Assembly (NCBI GenBank): GCA_022562895.1
Contig: JADFOK010000011.1
Location: forward strand, 10,851 to 74,850
DNA from: Bacteroidota bacterium
Lineage (GTDB): Bacteria; Bacteroidota; Bacteroidia; Flavobacteriales; Flavobacteriaceae
Direction: 5' to 3'
Length of the DNA stretch: 64,000 nt
A program made the position numbers and the translations under genes. Within the stretch, counting starts at the first letter, position 1. Every line of letters begins with the position of its first letter. Shown in pieces: positions 52,743 through 62,233 of this stretch. The notes under the pieces were generated by a model. That model made no database searches and was not told the DNA's origin. It was given only the letters and a program-made list of their open reading frames with translations.

Positions 52743-52859
52743 ATAAATGTAAACATCACCATTCTGAAAAATAAATGTAAACATCACCATTCTGAAAAAT
52801 AAATGTAAACATCACCATTCTGAAAAATAAATGTAAACATCACCATTCTGAAAAATAAA
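52743..52859. repeat. Tandem array, four perfect copies of a 28-bp unit
   Basis: ATAAATGTAAACATCACCATTCTGAAAA starting at 52743, 52771, 52799, 52827. Confidence 0.97.
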
Positions 52860-52886
52860 AAACCAGATACTTTCGTATCTGGTTTT
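52859..52886 (-). terminator. tRNA intrinsic terminator
   Basis: AAAACCAGATAC-loop4-GTATCTGGTTTT perfect stem followed by a T tract on minus strand. Confidence 0.85.
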
Positions 52887-52891
52887 CCTTG

Positions 52892-52964
<73 letters not shown>

Positions 52965-52974
52965 ATATAGTTTG

Positions 52975-53004
52975 CAAAGATACAATGGTTTTAGAATATT
53001 ACAA
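52975..53004 (-). promoter_or_regulatory. Bacteroidota housekeeping promoter for the tRNA
   Basis: TTG-N19-TATCTTTG (-33/-7 pattern) 10 nt upstream of the tRNA. Confidence 0.7.
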
Positions 53005-53022
53005 GTAATTATATATTGAATT

Positions 53023-53205
53023 TTATTGTTCTATACTTTGTGCTTCAAAACCTGAGAGTTGCCCTTTTTCAAAATAAACTGATATTTCAATGGGATTACA
53101 GCATACTTCACAGTCCTCGATATATTTATTAAAATCTATAGAATCATCGAGTAACATCGAAATATTTTCCCAACAATAAGGGCATAAAAAGAAATGTTCG
53201 AACAT
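53023..53205 (-). CDS. CPXCG-motif cysteine-rich small protein
   Basis: CPYCWE...EDCEVCCNP. Confidence 0.88.
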   Translation of the reverse strand: MFEHFFLCPYCWENISMLLDDSIDFNKYIEDCEVCCNPIEISVYFEKGQLSGFEAQSIEQ

Positions 53206-53214
53206 AATAAACTA

Positions 53215-55128
53215 TCAAAAATTTTCTATTTGTTGGGTAATGGTTTCCCAATCATTCATTAATTGCTCCAATATTTTTTTCTTTTCCTGGTAGGTTTCAA
53301 AAAAATTGTGTTGTGAAATTGTTTCCTCGTAATTAACAGATAATTCAAAGTCAATTTCCTTTATCTCTTTTTCCTTTTTTGTAATGGAAATTTCAATTTT
53401 GCTTAGTTTGTTTTGAATTGATTTTATTTTTTTCTGGTCTTCATATTCCTTTTTATTTGAAGAAGATTTTAATCCCTTTTCTGGAAGTACTTTTGTGCGT
53501 TTTTCGGCTTCACGCATATTCCGAAGATTGCGTTGCTCTAAATAATAATCAATATCACCCAAATATTCTTTTATTCGATGATCTTTAAATTCATACACTT
53601 TATTGGATAGCCCCTGGAGAAAATCCCTGTCGTGAGATACTAAAATCAAAGTTCCTTCATATTTTTTTAATGCTTCCTTTAAAACGTTTTTTGACTTTAT
53701 ATCCAAATGATTGGTAGGCTCATCCAATACCAATACATTAAAGGGCTGGAGTAACAATTTCGCTAATGCCAATCGGTTGCGTTCACCCCCCGAAAGTACT
53801 CTTACATACTTATCAACTTCCTCCCCCCTAAATAAAAAGGCTCCTAAAATATCCCGAACTTTGCTTCTGTTTTTTTCATTAGCTGCATCGATCATGGTTT
53901 CGAGAACCGTTTTTCTTCCGTCAAGGTAATCTGCTTGATTTTGAGCAAAATATCCTATTTGTACATTATGCCCAAGAATGAGTTTTCCCTGATGTTGAAT
54001 TTCTCCAACAATACATTTAGCAAGGGTTGACTTTCCCTGTCCATTTTGCCCAACAAAAGAAATCTTACTATTTCTTTCAATCAATAAATTCACATGTTGA
54101 AAAACCAAATTATCACCATAACTTTTAGCAATATTTTCAGCATTTATGACTACTTTACCCGGTGTGACCGACACCGGAAAATGAAGCGCCATCACTCTGT
54201 TATCATCTTCGTCAACTACAATACGTTCCAACCTGTCAAGCTTTTTTATCAGGGATTGTGCCATGGAGGCTTTAGTAGCTTTAGCTCGAAATTTTTCAAT
54301 TAGTTTTTCGGTGTGTTCTATTTGTTTTTGTTGATTTTTTTTGGATGCTAATTGTTGCTCTCGTATTTCGGAACGCAATATTAAATATTTTGAATAGGGC
54401 TTGTTGTAATCGTATATCTTTCCCAGGGAAATTTCTATGGTCCGATTGGTAATATTATCCAGAAACATTTTATCGTGAGAAACTATTACTATCGCCCCAA
54501 CATAGGTCTTTAGAAATTCTTCAAACCATATAATAGATTCAATGTCTAAGTGATTGGTAGGCTCATCCAGTAATAAAATATCGTTGTTCTGAAGTAATAA
54601 TTTCGCCAGCTCTATTCGCATACGCCAACCTCCCGAGAAAGTGTTGACAGGCATACTAAAATCTTTTTGTTGGAAACCCAAACCCTGTAATACCCGTTCT
54701 GTGTCACCCTTATAATTGTATCCTCCATGGATTTCGTATTGATGTTGCACTTCATTTAAATCGACCATTAATTGATGATAGCCTTCACTTTCATAATCTG
54801 TACGTTCTGCAAGTTGAGCATTAATCTTTTCAAGTTGCTTTTCCAACTTTTTTATTAATATAAATGCTTCATAGGCCTCTTCGAGAACTGTTCGTCCTCT
54901 TTCAAAATCAATATCCTGTCTTAAAAACCCAATTGAAAGTTCCTTTTTGGTGGCTATTTGTCCATTATCATATTCCTGCAGTCCTGCAATAATTCGTAAA
55001 AGTGTAGTTTTGCCCGCACCATTTTTACCCACTAGTCCAACTTTATCTCCGGTACGGAGCTGAAATGAAATTCCGGAAAAAAGATCATCTCCTTGAAATG
55101 AAACCCTAAGATTATGGATATTGAGCAT
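53215..55128 (-). CDS. ABC-F family ATPase
   Basis: Two ABC domains (GKNGAGKTT, FSGGWRMR; GQNGQGKST, LSGGERNR), no TM segments. Confidence 0.95.
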   Translation of the reverse strand: MLNIHNLRVSFQGDDLFSGISFQLRTGDKVGLVGKNGAGKTTLLRIIAGLQEYDNGQIATKKELSIGFLRQDIDFERGRTVLEEAYEAFILIKKLEKQLEKINAQLAERTDYESEGYHQLMVDLNEVQHQYEIHGGYNYKGDTERVLQGLGFQQKDFSMPVNTFSGGWRMRIELAKLLLQNNDILLLDEPTNHLDIESIIWFEEFLKTYVGAIVIVSHDKMFLDNITNRTIEISLGKIYDYNKPYSKYLILRSEIREQQLASKKNQQKQIEHTEKLIEKFRAKATKASMAQSLIKKLDRLERIVVDEDDNRVMALHFPVSVTPGKVVINAENIAKSYGDNLVFQHVNLLIERNSKISFVGQNGQGKSTLAKCIVGEIQHQGKLILGHNVQIGYFAQNQADYLDGRKTVLETMIDAANEKNRSKVRDILGAFLFRGEEVDKYVRVLSGGERNRLALAKLLLQPFNVLVLDEPTNHLDIKSKNVLKEALKKYEGTLILVSHDRDFLQGLSNKVYEFKDHRIKEYLGDIDYYLEQRNLRNMREAEKRTKVLPEKGLKSSSNKKEYEDQKKIKSIQNKLSKIEISITKKEKEIKEIDFELSVNYEETISQHNFFETYQEKKKILEQLMNDWETITQQIENF

Positions 55129-55193
55129 TTAAATTAAATTTTTGCAAAGATGCTTATTTTTTTCTACGGAAGTCAATGTTTTTAAATTGTCTT

Positions 55194-56273
55194 TTACCAA
55201 TGATAATGCCTTTTTATATCTGTTTCGTAGGATAGTTCCTCCCCGCACTCTAAGTGATTATAAAGATTTTGAGCTAATGATGGAGCCGAAATAAATCCCC
55301 GGGTGCCTAAACCATTAAAAAAAACTTTGTTACTACTTTCTTTTAAAGTCCCCATCAAAGGACGCCTATCTCTTGTTGTAGGGCGAATACCCGCTATTTG
55401 GTCTACTATATCAAAAGAACAATTAATAATCTTAGAGAGTTTAGTTTTTAATTCCTCTTTTGCCTTTTGAGTAGTATTATTGGTATAGTTATCCCTTTCA
55501 TAAGTTGTTCCTACTTTATACAGATCATTGCCTAAGGGAATAATAATAAGTGAAGCTTTAAGCATGAATTTTAAATTCAAATCAGGGGCATTAATAATGA
55601 TATATTCTCCCTTGTTGCCTATTAATAATTTCTTTCCGTTATGTTTTGGATCCTGAGGGAAAAAAGGGTTTTTTATTGCTGAAATTCCTTCAGCAAAGAG
55701 TATTTTTCCTGCTGAGATATCCTTGTACTTAATTACATCATCAACTTCTTCAAGTAGGTCATATTCAAATTTTTCGCTTATAAGAAGGTTGTTATTTTGA
55801 AGATCCTCTTTATAAGCATTCAATAATACCGAAAAATATATTCTACCGGTACCCAATACTTTACCAAAACCAAAAGGTGCATTAATATGTGGGTTTTTGT
55901 TTTTGATAAGTTTTGAAGACAGATAAGAAGACATTCCTTTTTTATCGCTTGCCACCATCCAATTATTTTGTTCTTCAACACTATTTAATATACGCAGAAT
56001 GGGTATTAGGTCTAAAACCGAAATACTGAGCTTTTTTGAAAGCTCAGTGTAAAAAGGAATCGCTTCAGAAATATGCAGATCTGCATTCCATACTTTTGTA
56101 AATCGTTTGAGTACCGTTGGATTAATAACACCTCCTGAAGACAATGTAGAGGAGTTTTTACTCGTATCAAAAACAATAAAACTTTTATTGTTTTTTTTCA
56201 ATTTTTCACAAAAGGAAAGTCCGGCAATACCTAATCCTACGATTATGTAATCTACTTTTTGCATATAATACAA
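55194..56273 (-). CDS. FAD-dependent oxidoreductase (DAO family)
   Basis: IVGLGIAG dinucleotide motif, AGIRPT, NGLGTRG. Confidence 0.9.
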   Translation of the reverse strand: MYYMQKVDYIIVGLGIAGLSFCEKLKKNNKSFIVFDTSKNSSTLSSGGVINPTVLKRFTKVWNADLHISEAIPFYTELSKKLSISVLDLIPILRILNSVEEQNNWMVASDKKGMSSYLSSKLIKNKNPHINAPFGFGKVLGTGRIYFSVLLNAYKEDLQNNNLLISEKFEYDLLEEVDDVIKYKDISAGKILFAEGISAIKNPFFPQDPKHNGKKLLIGNKGEYIIINAPDLNLKFMLKASLIIIPLGNDLYKVGTTYERDNYTNNTTQKAKEELKTKLSKIINCSFDIVDQIAGIRPTTRDRRPLMGTLKESSNKVFFNGLGTRGFISAPSLAQNLYNHLECGEELSYETDIKRHYHW

Positions 56274-56282
56274 AAGTAAAAA

Positions 56283-56307
56283 ACCCTGAAGTATTTTACT
56301 TCAGGGT
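56283..56307 (-). terminator. Intrinsic terminator after gldN
   Basis: ACCCTGAAGTA-N3-TACTTCAGGGT followed by TTTTT on minus strand. Confidence 0.85.
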
Positions 56308-56336
56308 ATAATAAATTATTTGGAAATTAGAAAGGC

Positions 56337-57239
56337 TTAGTAATTCCACATATCAATTTCTAAGTTTCTGATTTTTTCTTTTATTCTATCGGATTCTAAT
56401 AATTGCATTAATGCATTATCATTTATATAATCATTTACACTCCTGTCTCCAAGCTCATTATCCTCTTTATAAATAATTGCATTGAATCGTCTTGAATTTA
56501 ACAGATGATCGAATGAAATGGGTTGTGAGGTATTCTTCCTGTTAAAAGCTTTTGCTTCATGTAAAACTTTACGAGCTGAAGGGTACCATACCCAAAATAA
56601 TTCGACTTTACTATCAATACCATCATCAGGAAAGGCTTTAGAACGTGCTTCGTTTGCAACAGGAGCTATGGCTAATATTCTATATTTAAGTTCCCCGTGT
56701 CTCTTATCAAGATACCAGTATCCTCGAATACGCCATTCTTCTACATCGCCGGCATCCAAGTTAAATTTTCGAATATATTGGGGATCTATTTCTTCACCTG
56801 CATTATACTGATCAATACCTAAATCTGTAGTATCACTGTAAACCAGGGAAGCTTCAATATCCCTAAGGGTTCGCTTTTCAGTAAAATAAGAGTCTGCATA
56901 TACATGTTCAATATTACCATTTTTAATGTTCTTCATTAAAACATCGTATAATGATCTTCTTTCTTTTCCAATATTGTTGGTGTCGATAGGATAATACAAA
57001 GGGAAGTTTATTCTCTCATCAAGATCTATAATCTCCCAGGTAGTTTTTGACCATAATATATCACGTTCATCCACATAGCCATAGGCCAGGGGTTGATCGT
57101 TATCGTAAACCAATTGGTCTTGTGTTTTTTTTCCGATTTCTTCCGGGGTTTTGGCATTGAGAATGTTTATTTGTGCAGCTACACTAAAAGTTCCCATTAA
57201 AAGACCCAAAACACATATAACAACTTTATTAATATTCAT
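56337..57239 (-). CDS. gldN: Gliding motility / T9SS protein GldN
   Basis: DERDILWSK, DLDERINFPLYYP, HLLNSRRF; fourth gene of the operon. Confidence 0.93.
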   Translation of the reverse strand: MNINKVVICVLGLLMGTFSVAAQINILNAKTPEEIGKKTQDQLVYDNDQPLAYGYVDERDILWSKTTWEIIDLDERINFPLYYPIDTNNIGKERRSLYDVLMKNIKNGNIEHVYADSYFTEKRTLRDIEASLVYSDTTDLGIDQYNAGEEIDPQYIRKFNLDAGDVEEWRIRGYWYLDKRHGELKYRILAIAPVANEARSKAFPDDGIDSKVELFWVWYPSARKVLHEAKAFNRKNTSQPISFDHLLNSRRFNAIIYKEDNELGDRSVNDYINDNALMQLLESDRIKEKIRNLEIDMWNY

Positions 57240-57268
57240 ATAATAGTTTTTTTTATTTTATCACAACA

Positions 57269-58822
57269 CTAATTTGTCAACTCAATAAATACAGGAGATA
57301 TCTTTCGTAATTTATATCCCAAATTAGTTGAGATATTTGCGTTGATATCAAATATTTGTACAGTCTCACCTCTTCTTGCTCTTCGCAAAGCAGATTTTGC
57401 TTGAGAATTTAATTTATTCCCACTTATTTTTACCGTAGGCTGTCCGGAAACTTTAAAGCTGAACCCGGTAACATTTAATCTTAGGTCAAAATCAAAATCT
57501 AATAGTGCAGCACCTACACTAGAAATTTCAAGTCCTTGACGTTGCATACGCACAGGGCCTCCATTTCCGTCTTCCCCGCGAATAGTCCCTATGGGGCGTG
57601 GAATATCTTTAATTCTAAAGGTTTTACTATCTGTAACAACCATACCACCGGGTAATTTACCGGTTACGCGTATGGTAACTTCCCTACCTTTAACTGTAGT
57701 TACATCCATATTATATTTTCCTCCACCACCTGCAGAGACTAATCCGGGGGCATTTGCAGTAACGCTACCTACGCCAGGAATAGAGATGGTCATCGGGTTT
57801 ATTACACCGCGATATACCACGTTCATTTTATCTGCAGAAATAACAGCAGCATTTGGTTTAGGGATTACCGCATAAGAACTTACGATGGGTATTGTTATTA
57901 TTGAATCTCCTTCTTTAAATTGCAATTCTCCTAAGAGATCATGTTCTCCTACGTTTCCTGCAGGGAAATCAAGAGCTACTTGACCTGTCACATTACTGTC
58001 TACTTCTTTACCATTGATAATAACTTTTTCAAAAGTTAATGTATTGTCAATTCGCCCAAGTACAACACGTCCCTTAAAGTTTTCTCCACTAAAGAAAGCT
58101 GTTTTATCAGCAATAACAATAGCCTCATAATTAGTCATAGAAACTTCAGATGTTAATTGACCTGAAAGCATATTAGACAACAACTCACTTTGCGTTGTTT
58201 TAATATCTGATTGCATTTGGGTCAACCTGGTTATTGAAGCGATTAAAGGAAAGCCCTCAAAGCTGTAATTTAACCAGTCAATTTTTTTTCCATCTCTATT
58301 AGTAATTTTTCCTGTAAAGAAATTACTTTCTATGGAACTTTTAATATCCGGATAGTCTTCACCCAGTATAGTTAACATACCTGTTCGGTAGTAGTCGATC
58401 TCGTCTAAAAATTCTTGTCCTTCTGTTTTTAATTTATTTGATACAAAAAATCTTTGATCAAGAAATTCAGATTGATCCTGTACTTCATAGTCATTTTGAG
58501 AATCCTCTTTTACGGACGTCATCATTAAAGTTTTTATAGTCTCAAGATATGAATCAAGCTTATTTGAAAGTGTGCTAACATCTTCTGCTTTATTTAAAAG
58601 GATCAGGTATTTGGCCGGTTGCTCAGAAACTTTTGCAGCAAGACCATCCATAAATGCAAGGTTTCTTTCGGAAGATGCAACATTTGCATCTGTTAATTTT
58701 TCATTCATTAAGCCAAAAGCAGATAATACTTCCTTCGACATATTTAATGCCAACATTGCAATGAAAATCAGATACATCAGATTAATCATCTTCTGCCGTG
58801 GAGATAGTTTTTGTTGTGCCAT
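57269..58822 (-). CDS. gldM: Gliding motility / T9SS motor protein GldM
   Basis: SPRQKMINLMYL, ISADKMNVVYRG. Confidence 0.96.
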   Translation of the reverse strand: MAQQKLSPRQKMINLMYLIFIAMLALNMSKEVLSAFGLMNEKLTDANVASSERNLAFMDGLAAKVSEQPAKYLILLNKAEDVSTLSNKLDSYLETIKTLMMTSVKEDSQNDYEVQDQSEFLDQRFFVSNKLKTEGQEFLDEIDYYRTGMLTILGEDYPDIKSSIESNFFTGKITNRDGKKIDWLNYSFEGFPLIASITRLTQMQSDIKTTQSELLSNMLSGQLTSEVSMTNYEAIVIADKTAFFSGENFKGRVVLGRIDNTLTFEKVIINGKEVDSNVTGQVALDFPAGNVGEHDLLGELQFKEGDSIITIPIVSSYAVIPKPNAAVISADKMNVVYRGVINPMTISIPGVGSVTANAPGLVSAGGGGKYNMDVTTVKGREVTIRVTGKLPGGMVVTDSKTFRIKDIPRPIGTIRGEDGNGGPVRMQRQGLEISSVGAALLDFDFDLRLNVTGFSFKVSGQPTVKISGNKLNSQAKSALRRARRGETVQIFDINANISTNLGYKLRKISPVFIELTN

Positions 58823-58863
58823 CTTTAATTATTCTTTTTAAGAATTAATAATTTAATGAAATA

Positions 58864-59511
58864 CTATGATAAGTTTTTATTGCTCATTGCTGAAAGCATA
58901 CCACCATATACTCCATTTAATGAAGAAAGGTTATTTGTCAAAAACTTCATTTGCTCTTTTAACTGCTCAGCATTTTCAGCAACTTGATCGTTTATCTCTG
59001 CTTGACGACTTGAAGATTCTACTTGTACTTTATACAAGCTGTTTAACGATTCCATTTGAGTTGCTGCAAGAGCCATTTCTTCGCTATATTTTTTTGTTGC
59101 ATTCATAGCATCGGCAGTTGGAACCATATTTTTAGCAGCTCCTTCAAAAGAGCGTAGACTATCTCCCAAGCTACTCATCATTTCAGAATCTATACGTGCC
59201 TCAATAAGCATTTCATCTAATTTTTTAGACAAAAGACCTTGTGGATTTTTGGATTCATTTTTACCCATTCCCATACCTCCAGATAGTTCGGGATACACCA
59301 AAGACCAATCTAAATCATCGTCTACAGGCTCAAAAGCTGAGATTGCAAAAATGATAGCTTCAGTAATTAGACCTATAGATAATAGTAAGCCACCGGTAAG
59401 TGGCCCTATCTTCCAGTGAAGAATTTTAAATAGAGCTCCTAATATTACTATAGATGCTCCAAGGCCATAAGCCATGTTAAAAAATTTCTTATTAGTTCTT
59501 GATTGTGACAT
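58864..59511 (-). CDS. gldL: Gliding motility / T9SS motor protein GldL
   Basis: YGLGASIVILGALFKILH, TEAIIFAISAFEP, VYGGML. Confidence 0.96.
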   Translation of the reverse strand: MSQSRTNKKFFNMAYGLGASIVILGALFKILHWKIGPLTGGLLLSIGLITEAIIFAISAFEPVDDDLDWSLVYPELSGGMGMGKNESKNPQGLLSKKLDEMLIEARIDSEMMSSLGDSLRSFEGAAKNMVPTADAMNATKKYSEEMALAATQMESLNSLYKVQVESSSRQAEINDQVAENAEQLKEQMKFLTNNLSSLNGVYGGMLSAMSNKNLS

Positions 59512-59561
59512 AATATAATAGTTTTTGTTAAGTTAGGTTTGCGATTTTTTATTTTAATAGA

Positions 59562-60935
59562 TTAACGGGCGTCTCCTAGTTTATCATTTAATACAACATC
59601 AGTTCCCATATAATCTTGTACGGTTCTAAAACCAATGTAGCTTCTTGCTGAATCTGCATATTCATAATCTCTAGTACTTACTTGAAGGAAGTATGCTATG
59701 TCTTTCCAGGAACCACCACGAACTACTTTACGCTTGTTTTCTTTATCATTTACGTTTGGGTTCATATTTGAGGTATAATCATATGAATTTGGATCGTAAG
59801 ATGATGCGACCCACTCTGATACATTCCCAGCCATATTATAAAGATTATAATCATTTGGTTCATATGCATCAGCTTCAACAGTATATAAAGCCTGGTCTGC
59901 AGCATAATCACCTCGAAGTGGCTTAAAGTTAGCTAAGAAACATCCCCTGTCGTTTTTAGCATAAGGGCCACCCCAGGGGAAAGTTGCAGATTCCAACCCA
60001 CCACGAGCAGCATATTCCCATTCAGCTTCACTTGGTAGCCTAAATGAATTAATATGTTGTCGTCTTCTTGATTTTTGATAAGAATTTTTATATAAGGTTC
60101 TCCATGCACAAAATGCCTTGGCTTGTTTCCAATTTACTCCAACTACAGGATAGTCACCATAAGCCTGATGCCAGAAATAATCATTGTGCATAGGTTCATT
60201 ATATGAATAGTTGAAGTCTTTAATCCATACCGTAGTATCTGGATAAATCCTAAGTTCTTCTTTTATAAGAAAATCTTTTCTTTTCTTAGTATTATCTTTA
60301 GCTGCAGCATCAATATCCATATAAGTATATTGAAATCTAAGTTTTTCTACATCAATTGTACGTTGCCCGTTATAAGATTCTTCAATAGGGATATACATAG
60401 TATCCATTATCTCACTATAATATTCATCGGGGTAATCAGCAGTATCCCAAATTAAATCAATATCATTATTAATTTTTCTACCTGCATAATAATCGTCTCC
60501 CATACCAAAATAGTTGTCATACATATATTGTTGGTAAGGAGTCATTTCTTCATTTTCTTGATCAACAAAGGCATATTCGCCAATTCCATCATCTCCAGGA
60601 GTCGCACCAACTTCATCGGCCAAAATTGCTAATTTAAGTCGGATTGTCGAATCACGAACCCATTCAATAAATTGTCGGTATTCAGAATTGGTAATTTCTG
60701 TTTCGTCCATATAGAATGACCGTACTGTAACTGTTTTTGTTGGAGCGTCGTTAACGGCAACAAAATCATCGTCTGCTTTACCCATAATAAAAGATCCACC
60801 AGGGATAAGCACCATTCCATAAGGTTTTTCGGGATGCCATTTTTTTCCTTTAGTTCCTACCAGTTCTCCCCTGTCTCCAGAGTTACAACCGGCCAAAATG
60901 GCAATAATCGCAGTTAAAGCTATAAGCTTTTTCAT
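59562..60935 (-). CDS. gldK: Gliding motility / T9SS lipoprotein GldK
   Basis: Lipobox LAGC, FGE-sulfatase-like fold LPSEAEWEYAARGG, MAGNVSEW. Confidence 0.96.
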   Translation of the reverse strand: MKKLIALTAIIAILAGCNSGDRGELVGTKGKKWHPEKPYGMVLIPGGSFIMGKADDDFVAVNDAPTKTVTVRSFYMDETEITNSEYRQFIEWVRDSTIRLKLAILADEVGATPGDDGIGEYAFVDQENEEMTPYQQYMYDNYFGMGDDYYAGRKINNDIDLIWDTADYPDEYYSEIMDTMYIPIEESYNGQRTIDVEKLRFQYTYMDIDAAAKDNTKKRKDFLIKEELRIYPDTTVWIKDFNYSYNEPMHNDYFWHQAYGDYPVVGVNWKQAKAFCAWRTLYKNSYQKSRRRQHINSFRLPSEAEWEYAARGGLESATFPWGGPYAKNDRGCFLANFKPLRGDYAADQALYTVEADAYEPNDYNLYNMAGNVSEWVASSYDPNSYDYTSNMNPNVNDKENKRKVVRGGSWKDIAYFLQVSTRDYEYADSARSYIGFRTVQDYMGTDVVLNDKLGDAR

Positions 60936-61049
60936 AGGTATTTAGGTTAAATTATCGAGATTCAAGTGGGTAAACCTATTTATAAAATTTTTAAAAAACA
61001 ACTATTTTCTTAAAAAACCCAAAAATCCGATAATATTTAGTTTGTTTGG

Positions 61050-62213
61050 TTATACTTCATTTTTACGGCAGGCTTTGTACCACCGCTCAGGAATCTCCTG
61101 ATTACATGCACCCAAATAATCGCCATAAGTGCAAGGTAATAACGTTTTATTTTTTAATTTATTATTAACATTTGAAATAAATGGTAGTTCGATCCACCAA
61201 CGTTCTGTTTTATTACTCTTTTTAAAAATTAAAATTTGGTCGTAAACAGGCACTTTATATGTTGTGTATAGCTTATCATTACTGAAATCTTCATCAGCAA
61301 TTCTAAAATTTACTCCTTCTACAAAATACCAGAGTATTTGAGCCACTAACATCGCAGCATTTTCAGTATCGCTGAAATCCTTTAATTCATAAATTCCAAA
61401 TGATGTTACTCTATTACTTATCCCAGCATAACGTGCAATAGCACAAATCTCTCTTCCATCAAAACCATTGGGACTATTCTTGTTTTTATAACTTAGTTCA
61501 GCATTTTTTATTGTATTAACATCCAAAGTAACAATATCAGCATTTCTCAATATGGGTTCTACTAAGGTAATATCGGCTGAAACCTCCCCCAATCTATACC
61601 CCTCAAAGTATAATTTATCCATCAAGGATATCTCTCCAGGTGAATTAAAAAAGGATTGATACCCTATGGTACTATAATTAAACAAATTATAGGGTTTTTC
61701 TACAATAATTTTTCCAACATACGATTTGTTGGTTATAGGTAGGTCTGCGTCTCCTAAATCGAATTTACTGTCAATATTAACAATGTTTACCATACTTCCT
61801 CTCTTGTCGTAGGAGCGGTATTGCGCATATACTATGTCTTGACTTCCCCCTAGGATAAGAGGTATAATGTTTTCTTTTAACAAAGCTTCAATTACCGATT
61901 TTACAGCAAAATAGGTGTCTTTTACGGTTTCTCCTCTTTCAATATCTCCTAAATCAATAATAGTATCAGACCAGTTTCCGGGATATAGTGAGTAGAATGC
62001 CTCACGGAAAACGTTAAAACTTAATTCCTCTCCTATATAATCTACATCATTTCGATTTTCTTTAACCCCTATAATAGCAAACCTGACATTTGTAAATTCG
62101 GGGAAATCACCTTTCTTATTATAGGTGTTAATCTGTTTTCCCAAAACACCTATGGGTAATACCTCTTTTTGAGCTAAAACCGATTTAGAAACAGGTGTGA
62201 GAAAATCTATCAT
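61050..62213 (-). CDS. Arginase/formimidoylglutamase-fold protein with degenerate metal motifs
   Basis: DLGDI, LGGSQD, NIDSKFD, TLDVN, PNGFDG; directly upstream of gldK. Confidence 0.8.
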   Translation of the reverse strand: MIDFLTPVSKSVLAQKEVLPIGVLGKQINTYNKKGDFPEFTNVRFAIIGVKENRNDVDYIGEELSFNVFREAFYSLYPGNWSDTIIDLGDIERGETVKDTYFAVKSVIEALLKENIIPLILGGSQDIVYAQYRSYDKRGSMVNIVNIDSKFDLGDADLPITNKSYVGKIIVEKPYNLFNYSTIGYQSFFNSPGEISLMDKLYFEGYRLGEVSADITLVEPILRNADIVTLDVNTIKNAELSYKNKNSPNGFDGREICAIARYAGISNRVTSFGIYELKDFSDTENAAMLVAQILWYFVEGVNFRIADEDFSNDKLYTTYKVPVYDQILIFKKSNKTERWWIELPFISNVNNKLKNKTLLPCTYGDYLGACNQEIPERWYKACRKNEV

Positions 62214-62233
62214 TATTTTTTCTTAGCGGTTGC

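Noticed and set aside
52743-52859. CRISPR array
   Set aside because: The 28-bp units are contiguous with no spacers and no cas genes are in the window; it is a tandem repeat.
58866-59926. Short antisense or alternate-frame ORFs over gldL/gldK (and similar ones over ftsI, dnaG, ilv genes, der, era, topA)
   Set aside because: They lie entirely within well-supported genes and carry no motifs; treated as shadow ORFs.
59562-60935. GldK as a formylglycine-generating enzyme partnering the sulfotransferase locus
   Set aside because: The FGE-like fold is a known feature of GldK, and the gldKLMN context explains it fully.
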